The position numbers and the translations under genes are program-made. Source: an uncultured Gemmatimonadales bacterium (GTDB lineage Bacteria; Gemmatimonadota; Gemmatimonadetes; Gemmatimonadales; GWC2-71-9). Taken from it: DNA of 64,000 nt. Below the pieces are notes generated by a model that was given only the letters and a program-made list of their open reading frames with translations, made no database searches and was not told the origin of the DNA. The stretch lies in assembly GCA_963842945.1 (NCBI GenBank), contig CAWJIM010000024.1, positions 32,001-96,000 of the forward strand. The letters run 5' to 3'. Positions 1 through 9,140 of the stretch are shown here, piece after piece (within the stretch, counting starts at the first letter, position 1; each line of letters begins with the position of its first letter).

Positions 1-342
1 GCTCTCCAGCCGATCGCGCGCCTCACCAATGATCTCGCGGATGCGGGGAACGCCTTCGGTCACCGCGCTGAAGGGGACAAAGACGCGTTCGGTTGAGCTT
101 GCGATGAGGTGGGCAAGGGTGGTCTTCCCGCTGCCCGGTGGGCCCCAGAAGATCATCGAGCCGGGAACCCCGCGCTCGACTGCGTCACGCAGCGGTTTGC
201 CCGGCCCCAGCAGATGCTCCTGCCCGACGAACTCGTCCAAAGTGGCCGGACGCATTCTGGCAGCGAGAGGACGGCTTTCCCGCCCTCCGGTAAACAGCGA
301 GGCTTGCCGCTGGGACGTCCGCCTGCGAGGCATCGGAGGCAC
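1..342 (-). CDS. rarA: Replication-associated recombination protein A (AAA+ ATPase), 5' part, runs off the window
   Basis: Manual translation gives PLAARMRPATLDEFVGQEHLLG...SMIFWGPPGSGKTTLA (RarA/MgsA N-terminus with Walker A). Start is GTG at 342 or ATG at 333. Confidence 0.92.
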   Translation of the reverse strand, partial: MPPMPRRRTSQRQASLFTGGRESRPLAARMRPATLDEFVGQEHLLGPGKPLRDAVERGVPGSMIFWGPPGSGKTTLAHLIASSTERVFVPFSAVTEGVPRIREIIGEARDRLES

Positions 343-348
343 CGGGAT

Positions 349-354
349 AGTCTA
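349..354 (-). promoter_or_regulatory. Putative -10 box (TAGACT) 6 nt upstream of the rarA GTG, leaderless type
   Basis: Minus strand reads TAGACT-ATCCCG-GTG; no Shine-Dalgarno seen. Confidence 0.45.
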
Positions 355-437
355 GGGAAACGTGGAGAGGAAGGCAGCGCACGCGTCGCTGGAGATACTG
401 TGCCGGGTCATATTTGAACCGGTCCATCCCCACTCCC

Positions 438-1157
438 TCATAGGTGAATCATACTGGCAAGGAGCCGCTCGGAGAGAAAGTAGCCGGCCGCTCCCCCGAA
501 GAAGGCCGCTGCTGTCAGCCATCCTCGCTTGGCCTGAAACTCCGGGACCAGGTTGGAGGCTGCGACGTACAGAGTGACGCCGGCAGAGAGCGCCAGCCCG
601 TGCCGCGCCAGGGAGGCGACCTGCTCGGTCAGCAGGACTCCCAGAATCGTAGCGGCTCCCAGGATGGCGGCGCCGCCGATCGCCCGCGAGCGGCTCTGTC
701 CGCCCGCCACCATCACGCTGGCAATGGTCACGCCTTCGGGGAGTTTGTGCAGCAGCACAGCGAGGAACAGCAGGATTCCCAGACGGTCTGACACCAGAAA
801 TCCGCTGGCGATGGCCACGCCGTCGAAGAAGGTGTGCAGCGTGAGTCCCAGCAGCGCGGAGGTGCCGGCCGACGCGCTCAGGTTGTGGGTCTCTTCCCCA
901 AAATGAAAGTGGGTCGTGAACACGTGCTGGGCCAGGTGGACCGCGAAATAGCCCGCCAGGACGTAGAGCGCCGCGTCAGGGGAGCCGTCCAGCACCTGGG
1001 GCATCACGCCCAGAAGGGTGACGGCCAGCATGAACCCCGCACCAAATGCCAGACAGGCGTCGATGAACCGCAACCCTCGGCGGAGACGCCCGACCACCGC
1101 GACGGCGCCCAGGACGTTTCCCAAGGCAGCGGCGAGCGCAAAACCTGCCGGATTCAC
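438..1157 (-). CDS. ZIP family metal transporter
   Basis: Hydrophobic 239 aa with HFHFGEETH loop and LHTFFDG / LLHKLPEG motifs. Confidence 0.9.
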   Translation of the reverse strand: MNPAGFALAAALGNVLGAVAVVGRLRRGLRFIDACLAFGAGFMLAVTLLGVMPQVLDGSPDAALYVLAGYFAVHLAQHVFTTHFHFGEETHNLSASAGTSALLGLTLHTFFDGVAIASGFLVSDRLGILLFLAVLLHKLPEGVTIASVMVAGGQSRSRAIGGAAILGAATILGVLLTEQVASLARHGLALSAGVTLYVAASNLVPEFQAKRGWLTAAAFFGGAAGYFLSERLLASMIHL

Positions 1158-2338
1158 TGGAGCAGCTTTCTGGCTCCGTTGAGGAGCTGCTCCCGCTGGT
1201 TGCGAGAGGGCTCCTCGAGCACCTGGTCGAGCAGAGCCGATAGCACTCTCCCCACGTCCGGCCCAGTAGCGCCGAGCGCCTGGACATCGCTGCCGCTGAT
1301 GGCCAGATCGGCACGGGTCAACGGATCTCCCCGTTGCCGGATCTGATCGACCACGGCAGACCAGGCCGGCTCCTCGCCAGTTCGAAGCACCCAGAGCGCC
1401 ACCAGGTCCCCTGCCGCGGGCCCAACCTGGGAGAGCCAGCGCCGCACCGAGCTCGGGGCCGGCTCCGCCGGCTGTCCGGGCCCCCTCTCGATGGCTGCGG
1501 CTCGCTCGACCTCAGCGTTTGACGCTTTGAGTCGCCGAAGCACGGTGGACGGAGCCCGCGTCAGGAGAGCGGTCAACAACACTGGATCGCGGACCGAAGG
1601 CGGCGGCTCGGAGATCGTTGCGTTGTCATCGGAATCCAGCTCGGGAATCCAGACCGAAGCGGCGCCGGCCTCCCGCCACAGGGAAGCGAACTGAAGAACA
1701 GACCGGGCGGTCTGCAGCCCCTTGAACCATTCGTCTCGCACCCGCTCTGCCGAGAGCTGCTTCAGTCCGGGGGCTGCAGCCTGGGCGGCCCTCCAGGTCT
1801 CCGGATCGATGGCAAACCCAAATCGCGCACTGAATCGAAGCGCCCGAAGGATACGGAGATAGTCTTCAGCAAACCGGTGTGCTGGATTGCCTACCGCCCG
1901 GATCAATCGCGCTTCCAAATCCTTTCTGCCGGAAAGCGGATCTCGCCACTCGTGCCGGAGCGGATGGTAGGCAATGGCGTTGATGGTGAAATCGCGTCGC
2001 GCCAGGTCGTCGTCCAGGGAGACGCCGTACTGGACCACCGCGTGCCGACCATCGGTGGCAACGTCGCGGCGGAAGGTGGTGACCTCGTGCAGCACCCGGT
2101 CGCGGTCCAGCACGCCGACCGTCCCATACTTGACGCCGACCGCCACGGTCCGCGGAAAGAGTCGCTGCACCTCCTCCGGTGTGGCCGACGTGGCGATATC
2201 GAAATCGGATTGCGGGTGACCCAGGAGCCGGTCACGCAGGCTGCCTCCTACGCACCAGGCCTCGAACCCGGAGTGCTCCAGGCTGCGCGCGATGTGCAGG
2301 ATGGGCTCCGGGATCTCCAGGACCGGGGGAAAGATCAC
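1154..2338 (-). CDS. cca: CCA tRNA nucleotidyltransferase (class II)
   Basis: VGGSLRD, DFDIAT, RRDFTINA, EDYLRILRALRF and SAERVRDE motifs. Confidence 0.88.
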   Translation of the reverse strand: MIFPPVLEIPEPILHIARSLEHSGFEAWCVGGSLRDRLLGHPQSDFDIATSATPEEVQRLFPRTVAVGVKYGTVGVLDRDRVLHEVTTFRRDVATDGRHAVVQYGVSLDDDLARRDFTINAIAYHPLRHEWRDPLSGRKDLEARLIRAVGNPAHRFAEDYLRILRALRFSARFGFAIDPETWRAAQAAAPGLKQLSAERVRDEWFKGLQTARSVLQFASLWREAGAASVWIPELDSDDNATISEPPPSVRDPVLLTALLTRAPSTVLRRLKASNAEVERAAAIERGPGQPAEPAPSSVRRWLSQVGPAAGDLVALWVLRTGEEPAWSAVVDQIRQRGDPLTRADLAISGSDVQALGATGPDVGRVLSALLDQVLEEPSRNQREQLLNGARKLLQ

Positions 2339-2339
2339 A

Positions 2340-3297
2340 CTAGCTTCCGTAGGGGCGGCCCGCCGACACCGAGATCATCAGCTCCATCCTCGCCTGGGAT
2401 GGCGTGCGCGGCCCGGCGGGAATGGCTCCCATGGCAATCAGCCGGCTGCCACCTCCCTCGAAAGCATACACCGGGGTCACCTGGCCAAGAGGGCAGCGGG
2501 ATGCCAGCACGACCGGCTTGCCTTCGTCGATCCAGCGGCGGATGGCGGGAACCGCACCGGGCGGCACGTTCCCGCTGCCGAATGCTTCGAGCACCAGGCC
2601 ATCATGAGTGGGTCGCGCCAGGTCGAGCAGCTCACCCGTTGTCTCCCACCACCACAGGAATCAGCGCGATCCGGGCCGAGAGATCCTCGAGATTGGCGGC
2701 GGCAGAGCTAGTCGATTGTTTGCCGCAAGCGGCATGGTATGACACCACGCCATCCACTACTCTGGCGATGGTCGCGCTATGCGGAGCGTCGAAGGCATCG
2801 AGATCGGTCGCGTGCACCTTCACTGCCGTCTGGCCGCCAAAAACCTTCCCATTGAAGACCACCATCACGCCCCGCCCGGCGCTGTCAGGATCAGCGGCAA
2901 CGGCTGCCGCGCTCAGCAGGTTTGCTGGTCCGTCCCATCCTTGGTCGCTCGAGGTTCGCATAGCCCCGGTCATGGCGACCGGGACTTCAGACGATAGTGT
3001 GCGCGCCAGGAGATACGCGCTCTCCTCCAGGATGTCGGTGCCGTGGGTGACCACAACTCCGCGGACGTCGCCGGTAGCCACAATTTCCCGGACCCGCTGC
3101 CGCAACTGCCAGAGCCGGTCTGGTCCCAGGTGGCAGGCAGGGACCCTCGCCCAGTTCTCTATCCGGTAAGGACTGATCCGGTCCAGTCCGTCGGCGAACG
3201 CCACCAGCGCCTCGCCTCCATGGGCGGGGACGTTCCCGCCGGCGGAGGAATCGCGTTGCATGGAGATGGTGCCGCCGGTAAAGAGGAGGTGGATCAT
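2340..3297 (-). CDS. ansA: L-asparaginase (frameshift at 2635-2637, probably a sequencing error)
   Basis: TGGTIS, HGTDILEE and GAMR motifs. Removing one G from GGG restores DNGELLDLARPTHDGLVLEAFGSGNVP and joins the two ORFs. Confidence 0.85.
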
Positions 3298-3311
3298 AGA
3301 GGTAGAAGAGC

Positions 3312-3339
3312 GTAAGCGGTGAGCGGTGAGAGGTAAACT
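3312..3339. repeat. Short heptamer tandem array (GTAAGCG GTGAGCG GTGAGAG GTAAACT)
   Basis: 7-bp periodicity seen directly in the SDR-asparaginase spacer. Confidence 0.55.
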
Positions 3340-4092
3340 TTACCCACACAAAACACTCCCTCCGTTGACGTTCAGCACCTCTCCGGTGATATGGCGGGCG
3401 AAGCTGGTGCAGAGAAAAAGAATGGGACCGGCGACGTCTTCGCTGGTCGCGATTCGCCGTAACGGGATGGTTTGCTCGATTCGTTGCCGGTTATCTGCGG
3501 TGAACGCGGGCAGGCTCATGTCGGTGTCCACCCAGCCAGGCGCAACACAGTTCACCGTGATATGGGGTGCGCATTCGATGGCCAGTGACTTGGTGAAGGC
3601 AATCAGCGCACCCTTGGTGGCCGCATAATCCGAGTGATAGGCCTCCCCGCGTTGCCCCGCGGTACTGGACACGATGATGACTCTGCCACCCGGCCGCATG
3701 AGCGCCAACGCGGCCCGGGTGGAGAGGAAGACGGAGTCCAGGTTGGCAGCCAGCGTCTGCCGCCAGCGGGCGAGAGCCATGTCCCTGAGCGTCACCTCGT
3801 CCGGAGGCCACACTCCGGCATTGGCCACAAAGATGTCCAGTCCGCCAAACTCGCGGCGGACGCCGGCCATCAGCCGGTCGGCGACTTCGGGATCGGCCAG
3901 ATCGCCCCCACCGACGAAGGCCCGCCGGCCCAAGCTCCTCACCTCGCGTGCGGCGGCCTCGGCCTCGTCGGCCCGGGTGTGAAAGGTGAGGGCCACGTCG
4001 GCTCCGGCGCGAGCCAGCAGCAGGGCGGCCGCGCGCCCGATTCCCCTGCTCCCGCCGGTAACCAGAGCGGTCTGTCCAGCGAGATCAATCAT
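3340..4092 (-). CDS. SDR family oxidoreductase (FabG-like)
   Basis: TGGSRGIG, NAG, YAATK and VNCVAPG motifs. Confidence 0.92.
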   Translation of the reverse strand: MIDLAGQTALVTGGSRGIGRAAALLLARAGADVALTFHTRADEAEAAAREVRSLGRRAFVGGGDLADPEVADRLMAGVRREFGGLDIFVANAGVWPPDEVTLRDMALARWRQTLAANLDSVFLSTRAALALMRPGGRVIIVSSTAGQRGEAYHSDYAATKGALIAFTKSLAIECAPHITVNCVAPGWVDTDMSLPAFTADNRQRIEQTIPLRRIATSEDVAGPILFLCTSFARHITGEVLNVNGGSVLCG

Positions 4093-4661
4093 GATCCCAG
4101 GAGCTCGCGTTCAACCACTTCGACGATCAGGTGCTCCAGCGCCATATGAATCAGCTGGATGACACTGGTGTCATTGGAAGCGACGATGATTGCCTCGTCG
4201 ACCAGGCCTGCCAACGCTCCGCCGCCCCTCCCCAGAAAGGCGACGCTGGGGACTCCCCCCTCACGCGCGGACCGGACCGCGGCAATCAGATTCGGGCTAT
4301 GCCCGCTGGTGCTGTGCAGGATCAGGAGATCGCCCGGGCCGCAGAGCGCCTCCACCTGTCGGGCAAAAATCTGGTCGAACCCCAGATCATTGCCCGCGGC
4401 GGTCAGGATGGAGGTGTCGGTGGAAAGCGCTACGGCTGCCAAGGCGCGGCGTCCCTCGACGTAGCGCACCACGTACTCCGCCGCCAGGTGCTGGGCATCG
4501 GCCGCGCTGCCACCGTTGCCACAGAAGTACAGGGTTCCACCGTTTCGAAGAACAGCGGCATAGCGACTCGCCACCTGAGCCACCTGGTCGCTGAGGCTTT
4601 GGGCGGCCACCGCTGCTTTGGCCAGAGTGTCCAGACCATGCTCGATCCGGCTCCGGCTCAC
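4089..4661 (-). CDS. gmhA: Sedoheptulose-7-phosphate isomerase (SIS domain)
   Basis: CGNGGSAADAQHLAAE, GNDLGFDQIFARQ and STSGHSPN motifs. Confidence 0.9.
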   Translation of the reverse strand: MSRSRIEHGLDTLAKAAVAAQSLSDQVAQVASRYAAVLRNGGTLYFCGNGGSAADAQHLAAEYVVRYVEGRRALAAVALSTDTSILTAAGNDLGFDQIFARQVEALCGPGDLLILHSTSGHSPNLIAAVRSAREGGVPSVAFLGRGGGALAGLVDEAIIVASNDTSVIQLIHMALEHLIVEVVERELLGS

Positions 4662-5419
4662 CGGCTGCCCTCCAGAAATTCCTTGATCCGGCGCATCCAG
4701 CTCTGCCGGATCCGGAGCGGCGGCACTGGAGCGAGCGGCCGGTCGGCCAGGATTGCTCCGGGGTTGAGAGTCGCGAGCAGCTCGACCTGCTCGGCACCGT
4801 CCTGCGCCTGGAGAAAACGGGCGCCGGTCGCGATCGTCCGCTCGTCACCATGGTTGTCGCCGGCCAGAATATCGCCCAGTCCCTCGGCGACGAGCTGGCG
4901 CGCCCGCTGGCCTCTGGCCTGAGGAGTCAGCAGAGTGGTGGCATCTACCTGCATCTTGGCCCCGAGCGATTTCCAATGGTGCACGGCCGGAACGGAGCAA
5001 GCGCTGTAGCGCTCGGGGTGGGCTAGAATCGGAATCAAGCCCTGTTCGAGGACCTGAGAGAGAGCTGTGGTGATGAGGTCTGCAGCAACCAGGCGGGGGA
5101 ACTCGACCAGTATGTACCCACTCCCGCCAAGCGTGACATTCCGCGCTGCCGCTACCGCACGAGGAAGGGGACGGTCCAGCATTACCTCGGCACCCCGGTG
5201 CAGGCGCGGACTGGATGAGGCTTGCAGCCGGAGAGCCTCATACGCTTTCTCGTGCGCCGGAGGAGGACCTGCTTCGGTTCTTCCCGCCTGGAGGTGCGGA
5301 GTGAGACACACATCCGTCACGCCCTGTTCCGCCATGGCGGCAAGCACCTTGATCGACTGCTCGACGGAGCGGGAGCCGTCATCCACGGCCGGGAGGAGAT
5401 GAGAATGGAGATCGATCAC
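4658..5419 (-). CDS. CpsB/CapC-type PHP tyrosine-protein phosphatase
   Basis: MIDLHSHLLPAVDDG, TPH, AHPERY and DNH motifs. Confidence 0.88.
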   Translation of the reverse strand: MIDLHSHLLPAVDDGSRSVEQSIKVLAAMAEQGVTDVCLTPHLQAGRTEAGPPPAHEKAYEALRLQASSSPRLHRGAEVMLDRPLPRAVAAARNVTLGGSGYILVEFPRLVAADLITTALSQVLEQGLIPILAHPERYSACSVPAVHHWKSLGAKMQVDATTLLTPQARGQRARQLVAEGLGDILAGDNHGDERTIATGARFLQAQDGAEQVELLATLNPGAILADRPLAPVPPLRIRQSWMRRIKEFLEGSR

Positions 5420-5712
5420 GCCTTCGACCGCCAGGATCTCAGGACCGAGATCGCAAAGTCCTCGAGCTGGTCCGGGGCCGTCTGCGCCTGGGCGAGGAGA
5501 GCCAGAGTAATCAACGCATCGGCGGCAAGCAGGTCGAGTGCAACCGAGCGATCGCCCGGATGGGTGAGCACTCGAGCAAGCGCTGAGTCAGCTGCGGCAG
5601 CCAGCTGATTGGGCAGCGGTCCCCAAGCGGTGGTTGGCAGATAATGGCGGACGCGGGCCCGAAGAGCTGGGGGAGCCGCAGCGGTGTGCCGGTCCACCCA
5701 GTCGGAGTCCAC
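5416..5712 (-). CDS. Hypothetical protein (~98 aa)
   Basis: Fills the gap between alaS and the cpsB-like gene. GTG start lies 2 nt after the alaS stop, and the stop overlaps the next start. Confidence 0.65.
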   Translation of the reverse strand: MDSDWVDRHTAAAPPALRARVRHYLPTTAWGPLPNQLAAAADSALARVLTHPGDRSVALDLLAADALITLALLAQAQTAPDQLEDFAISVLRSWRSKA

Positions 5713-5714
5713 CC

Positions 5715-8375
5715 TCAGGCGCGAGGTTCCACAACATGACCATCGGCCAGCCACCCGGCCACCAGCTCGGGTGTGGCCGCGCGCGAGGCTGAGAGCCGGG
5801 CAGGATCGCCGGCACCGGCGGAGGCGAAGTGGGGTCGGCCTCCTCCTTTGCCACCGCTCAGGGCCGCAATCCGGTTCACCAGATCGCCGGCCCTGCGTCC
5901 GGCCCGTACCAGATCGTCGGTCAAGCTGACGTGAATGGAGCCACGGCCGGCGGAGCTGAACAGGACCAGCACGCCGTTGGAGCGGCCCTCACGGAACGTA
6001 TCTGCCATGCGGCCGAGCTCAGCCCGGTCTTCCGAGCTGGTTTCACCTACTGTGAGCTCGACGTCGCCTACCCGGGAAACCTCACCCTGCACCGCTCCCC
6101 CGCCGCTCCGAAGTGCTTCCGCGAGCCGTGCCTCCAAACGCTGCCGTTCCTCCAGGAGTTGCTCCACCCGGCGGACCAGGTGCTCCGGCTGGGATTTCAA
6201 CGCCTCCGCCACCGCGCCCAACCGCTGTTCCAGTGCCCGCACCGCGCGCAACGCTCCCGTTCCGGTGATGGCCTCGATCCGCCGGACCCCCGCCGCGACT
6301 CCGGACTGGCCCGAGAACCGGAAAGTGCCGATCTGCCCGGTGGTCCGGACGTGGGTGCCGCCGCAGAGTTCGAGCGAAGGCCCCATCTGGACGACGCGGA
6401 CGACGTCGCCGTACTTCTCGGAGAAGAAAGCCATGGCTCCGAGCGCCAACGCGTCGGCGTACGGCATCTCGCGGGTAGCGACGGGATCGTTGGCGAGGAG
6501 GAGATCGTTCACCTCGGATTCGATAGCGGTCAGGGTGGCACTGTCGACCGGCCCGTGGTGGGAGAAGTCGAAACGAAGACGCTCCGGCTCCACCAGCGAT
6601 CCCTGCTGCCGGACGTGCGTACCCAGCCGCTTCCTGAGCACATAGTGCACCAGGTGAGTGGCGCTGTGGTTGCGCTCGATATCGTGACGGCGGGGCGCGT
6701 CCACCGCGGCATGAAGCGGGGTGGGCTCGAACTCCTGCTCGAACGAGCCGCCGACAACCGTGCCTTTGGGATCTTTCCGGACACTGTCCACCGGCAGGGA
6801 CCAACCCTTCCCTGCCACGGCGCCGGTGTCACTCACCTGTCCGCCCGATTCCACGTAGAACGGATTCTCCCGCAGCAGTAATTCCACCCGCGGTCCGTCC
6901 TGCCGAAAGGCTAACACGTCGGTGTCCGCCTCGGTCTTCTGATAGCCGACAAACTTCTGCTTGCCCCGCTTGACGCTGCGCCACTTACCGGGCTTGGGCA
7001 CGTGCACCGCCGGGCCTGGCCTTTGCGTCGGGCTGCCGCCCGAGGTACGGGCATCGCGCGAACGGCGGCGCTGCTCATCCAGCGCCTGCTCGAATCCCGC
7101 GAGATCCACATCGACTCCTCGCTCGCCGGTGATGATCTGGGTGAGGTCAATCGGAAAGCCGAACGTGTCGTAGAGCTTGAAGGCATCAGATCCGGAGATC
7201 GTCCTGGTGCCGGCGGCGAAGATCTCCTCCAGACGCCGGAGCCCGCCTTCGATGGTTTCCAGAAAGCGGCGTTCTTCGGTCTCGGTCACTTCGTGGATGT
7301 ACTCCGCCTTGGCCGCCAGCTCCGGGTACACGTCACCCATCTGGTCCACTACCACGGAAGTGAGCGGAGCCAAGGTCGGCTCTCGGCGGCCGAGCAGCCA
7401 GGCGTGGCGGACGGCCCGGCGCAGAATCCGCCGGAGCACATAGCCTCGCCCCTCATTGCTGGGATACACGCCGTCGGTCAGCAGGAAGGCCACCGCGCGG
7501 GCATGGTCGGCGAGCACGCGATAGGAGGCGCGCTCGCCCGAGCTTCTGTCGTAGGTTCGGCCCACCAGCTGGCCGACTCGGTCGATCAGCGGGAGGAACA
7601 GATCCGTGTGGAAGTTGTCGTCCTCCCCCTGCATGACCGCCGCGATGCGCTCGAGACCGGCTCCGGTATCCACCGAGGGCTTGGGCAGTGGCGTGAGGGT
7701 GCCATCCGCCGAGCGATCGAACTGCATGAAGACCAGATTCCAGATCTCCAAGAACCGACCTTCCTCGGCCAGACGCTCAAAGTCAGCCTGAGGAATGATG
7801 TCCTGCCCCGCCGCCCCGCTGCCCCGCTGCCCCTCGAGATCGACATAGATCTCCGAGCACGGCCCGCAGGGACCGGTATCGCCCATCTGCCAGAAGTTGT
7901 CCTTGTCCCCCAGGCCATAGATCCGATGGTCAGGCAGGCCCGAGATCTCCCGCCAAAGTGCCCGGGCCTCATCATCAGTGTGATGGACGGTTACCCAGAG
8001 CCGCTCCGGAGCGATGCCCAGGAAGGTTGGGCTGGTGACGAACTCCCAGGCGTAGGCGATCGCATCGCGCTTGAAGTAATCGCCGAAGGAGAAATTCCCC
8101 AGCATCTCGAAGAAGGTGTGATGCCGCTTGGTGTGGCCAACCTGCTCGAGATCGTTGTGCTTGCCCCCGGCCCGGACGCACTTCTGACAGGTGGTGGCCC
8201 GGAGGTAGTCGCGCTGTTCCTGGCCCAGGAAGACGCGCTTGAACTGGACCATGCCGGCGTTGGTGAACAGCAGGGTGGGATCGTCGGCCGGCACCAGTGA
8301 CGAAGAAGGCACCTCGCGGTGCCCCTTGGAGATGAAGAAGTCGAGGAAAAGACGACGGATTATGCCGGAGTTCAT
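5715..8375 (-). CDS. alaS: Alanine--tRNA ligase
   Basis: DPTLLFTNAGM, HHTFFEMLGNFSFGDYFK, GPCGPCSEI, HSATHL...ELCGGTHV editing domain and GGKGGG motifs. Confidence 0.99.
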   Translation of the reverse strand: MNSGIIRRLFLDFFISKGHREVPSSSLVPADDPTLLFTNAGMVQFKRVFLGQEQRDYLRATTCQKCVRAGGKHNDLEQVGHTKRHHTFFEMLGNFSFGDYFKRDAIAYAWEFVTSPTFLGIAPERLWVTVHHTDDEARALWREISGLPDHRIYGLGDKDNFWQMGDTGPCGPCSEIYVDLEGQRGSGAAGQDIIPQADFERLAEEGRFLEIWNLVFMQFDRSADGTLTPLPKPSVDTGAGLERIAAVMQGEDDNFHTDLFLPLIDRVGQLVGRTYDRSSGERASYRVLADHARAVAFLLTDGVYPSNEGRGYVLRRILRRAVRHAWLLGRREPTLAPLTSVVVDQMGDVYPELAAKAEYIHEVTETEERRFLETIEGGLRRLEEIFAAGTRTISGSDAFKLYDTFGFPIDLTQIITGERGVDVDLAGFEQALDEQRRRSRDARTSGGSPTQRPGPAVHVPKPGKWRSVKRGKQKFVGYQKTEADTDVLAFRQDGPRVELLLRENPFYVESGGQVSDTGAVAGKGWSLPVDSVRKDPKGTVVGGSFEQEFEPTPLHAAVDAPRRHDIERNHSATHLVHYVLRKRLGTHVRQQGSLVEPERLRFDFSHHGPVDSATLTAIESEVNDLLLANDPVATREMPYADALALGAMAFFSEKYGDVVRVVQMGPSLELCGGTHVRTTGQIGTFRFSGQSGVAAGVRRIEAITGTGALRAVRALEQRLGAVAEALKSQPEHLVRRVEQLLEERQRLEARLAEALRSGGGAVQGEVSRVGDVELTVGETSSEDRAELGRMADTFREGRSNGVLVLFSSAGRGSIHVSLTDDLVRAGRRAGDLVNRIAALSGGKGGGRPHFASAGAGDPARLSASRAATPELVAGWLADGHVVEPRA
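7804..7835. repeat. Four octamer units (TGCCCCGC family) in frame inside alaS
   Basis: TGCCCCGC CGCCCCGC TGCCCCGC TGCCCCTC; encodes EGQRGSGAAGQ. Confidence 0.8.
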
Positions 8376-8381
8376 CCGGAA

Positions 8382-8387
8382 AATATA
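8382..8387 (-). promoter_or_regulatory. Putative -10 box (TATATT) 6 nt upstream of the alaS ATG, leaderless type
   Basis: Minus strand reads TATATT-TTCCGG-ATG; no SD. Confidence 0.6.
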
Positions 8388-8401
8388 GGAGGGGCGGCAA
8401 A

Positions 8402-8507
8402 TAGTCGCGAGTCAGGAGTCGCGAGTCGAGAGAGTCGCCGTGAAGATCTAGCAGGCTTAGTGCTAGCGGACTCTAGCTCATGACTCGCAGCTTGTGACTC
8501 GCGACTA
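8402..8507. repeat. Palindromic element built of heptamer units (AGTCGCG family)
   Basis: Ends TAGTCGCGAGTCA (8402-8414) and TGACTCGCGACTA (8495-8507) are perfect inverted repeats. There is also an inner CTAGCA/TGCTAG stem. Confidence 0.85.
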
Positions 8508-9137
8508 AACCAATCGATCCACCAGTTCTGTGATATCTCGTCCGGTGAACCCCCGTCGAGCCAGGTATGCCACCAGGCGGCGACGTTTGGTCTGGCGAGG
8601 GAGTGCGCCAAGCTGGGCAGCGCGCTTCTGGGCGAGCGCCAGCGGGACGGTCGACCGGTCGCTGCCCTCGGGCCAATGGCTGGCTATAGCACGGTCGATG
8701 ACGGCCCGCTCCACCCCCATGGCCATGAGGTCTCGGACCAACCGAGCCGGGCCGCGCCCCCGGGCAGCGCGGGTTTCGACGTAGCTCTGGGCAAAGGCGG
8801 CATCGTCCAACAGGCCGAGCTGCGCGGTGCGCTCCAGAGCAACCTCGACGGCGGCACGCGGGTGTCCCTTGCGCTGCAGCCGGCGCGCGAGATCGCCCCG
8901 GGCGAATGATCGTGCCTCCAGGGCGCGCAGCGCGGTACGGAAGGCAGCCTCGGCATCGGCTGCTGCGCTGAGCCGCTCCTGGAGCTGCTGGTCGAGCTCC
9001 CCACCCACTCTGAGGTTTTCTGCCGTTGCCACCTGGCGAGGGACCGCGCCAAAGCGCATGCCGTCGATCTCGATCCGCATCGCATCGGGGCGGCGCGGAT
9101 CGGGATCGAGGGCCGTAATTCGGGCTACGGCGTTCAC
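8505..9137 (-). CDS. recX: Regulatory protein RecX
   Basis: Lies directly downstream of recA; LLDDAAFAQSYV, RGPARL and YLARRGF motifs. Confidence 0.92.
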   Translation of the reverse strand: MNAVARITALDPDPRRPDAMRIEIDGMRFGAVPRQVATAENLRVGGELDQQLQERLSAAADAEAAFRTALRALEARSFARGDLARRLQRKGHPRAAVEVALERTAQLGLLDDAAFAQSYVETRAARGRGPARLVRDLMAMGVERAVIDRAIASHWPEGSDRSTVPLALAQKRAAQLGALPRQTKRRRLVAYLARRGFTGRDITELVDRLV

Positions 9138-9140
9138 TGG

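Noticed and set aside
8402..8507. CRISPR array or MITE
   Set aside because: There is no repeat-spacer structure, no cas or transposase gene and no visible target-site duplication.
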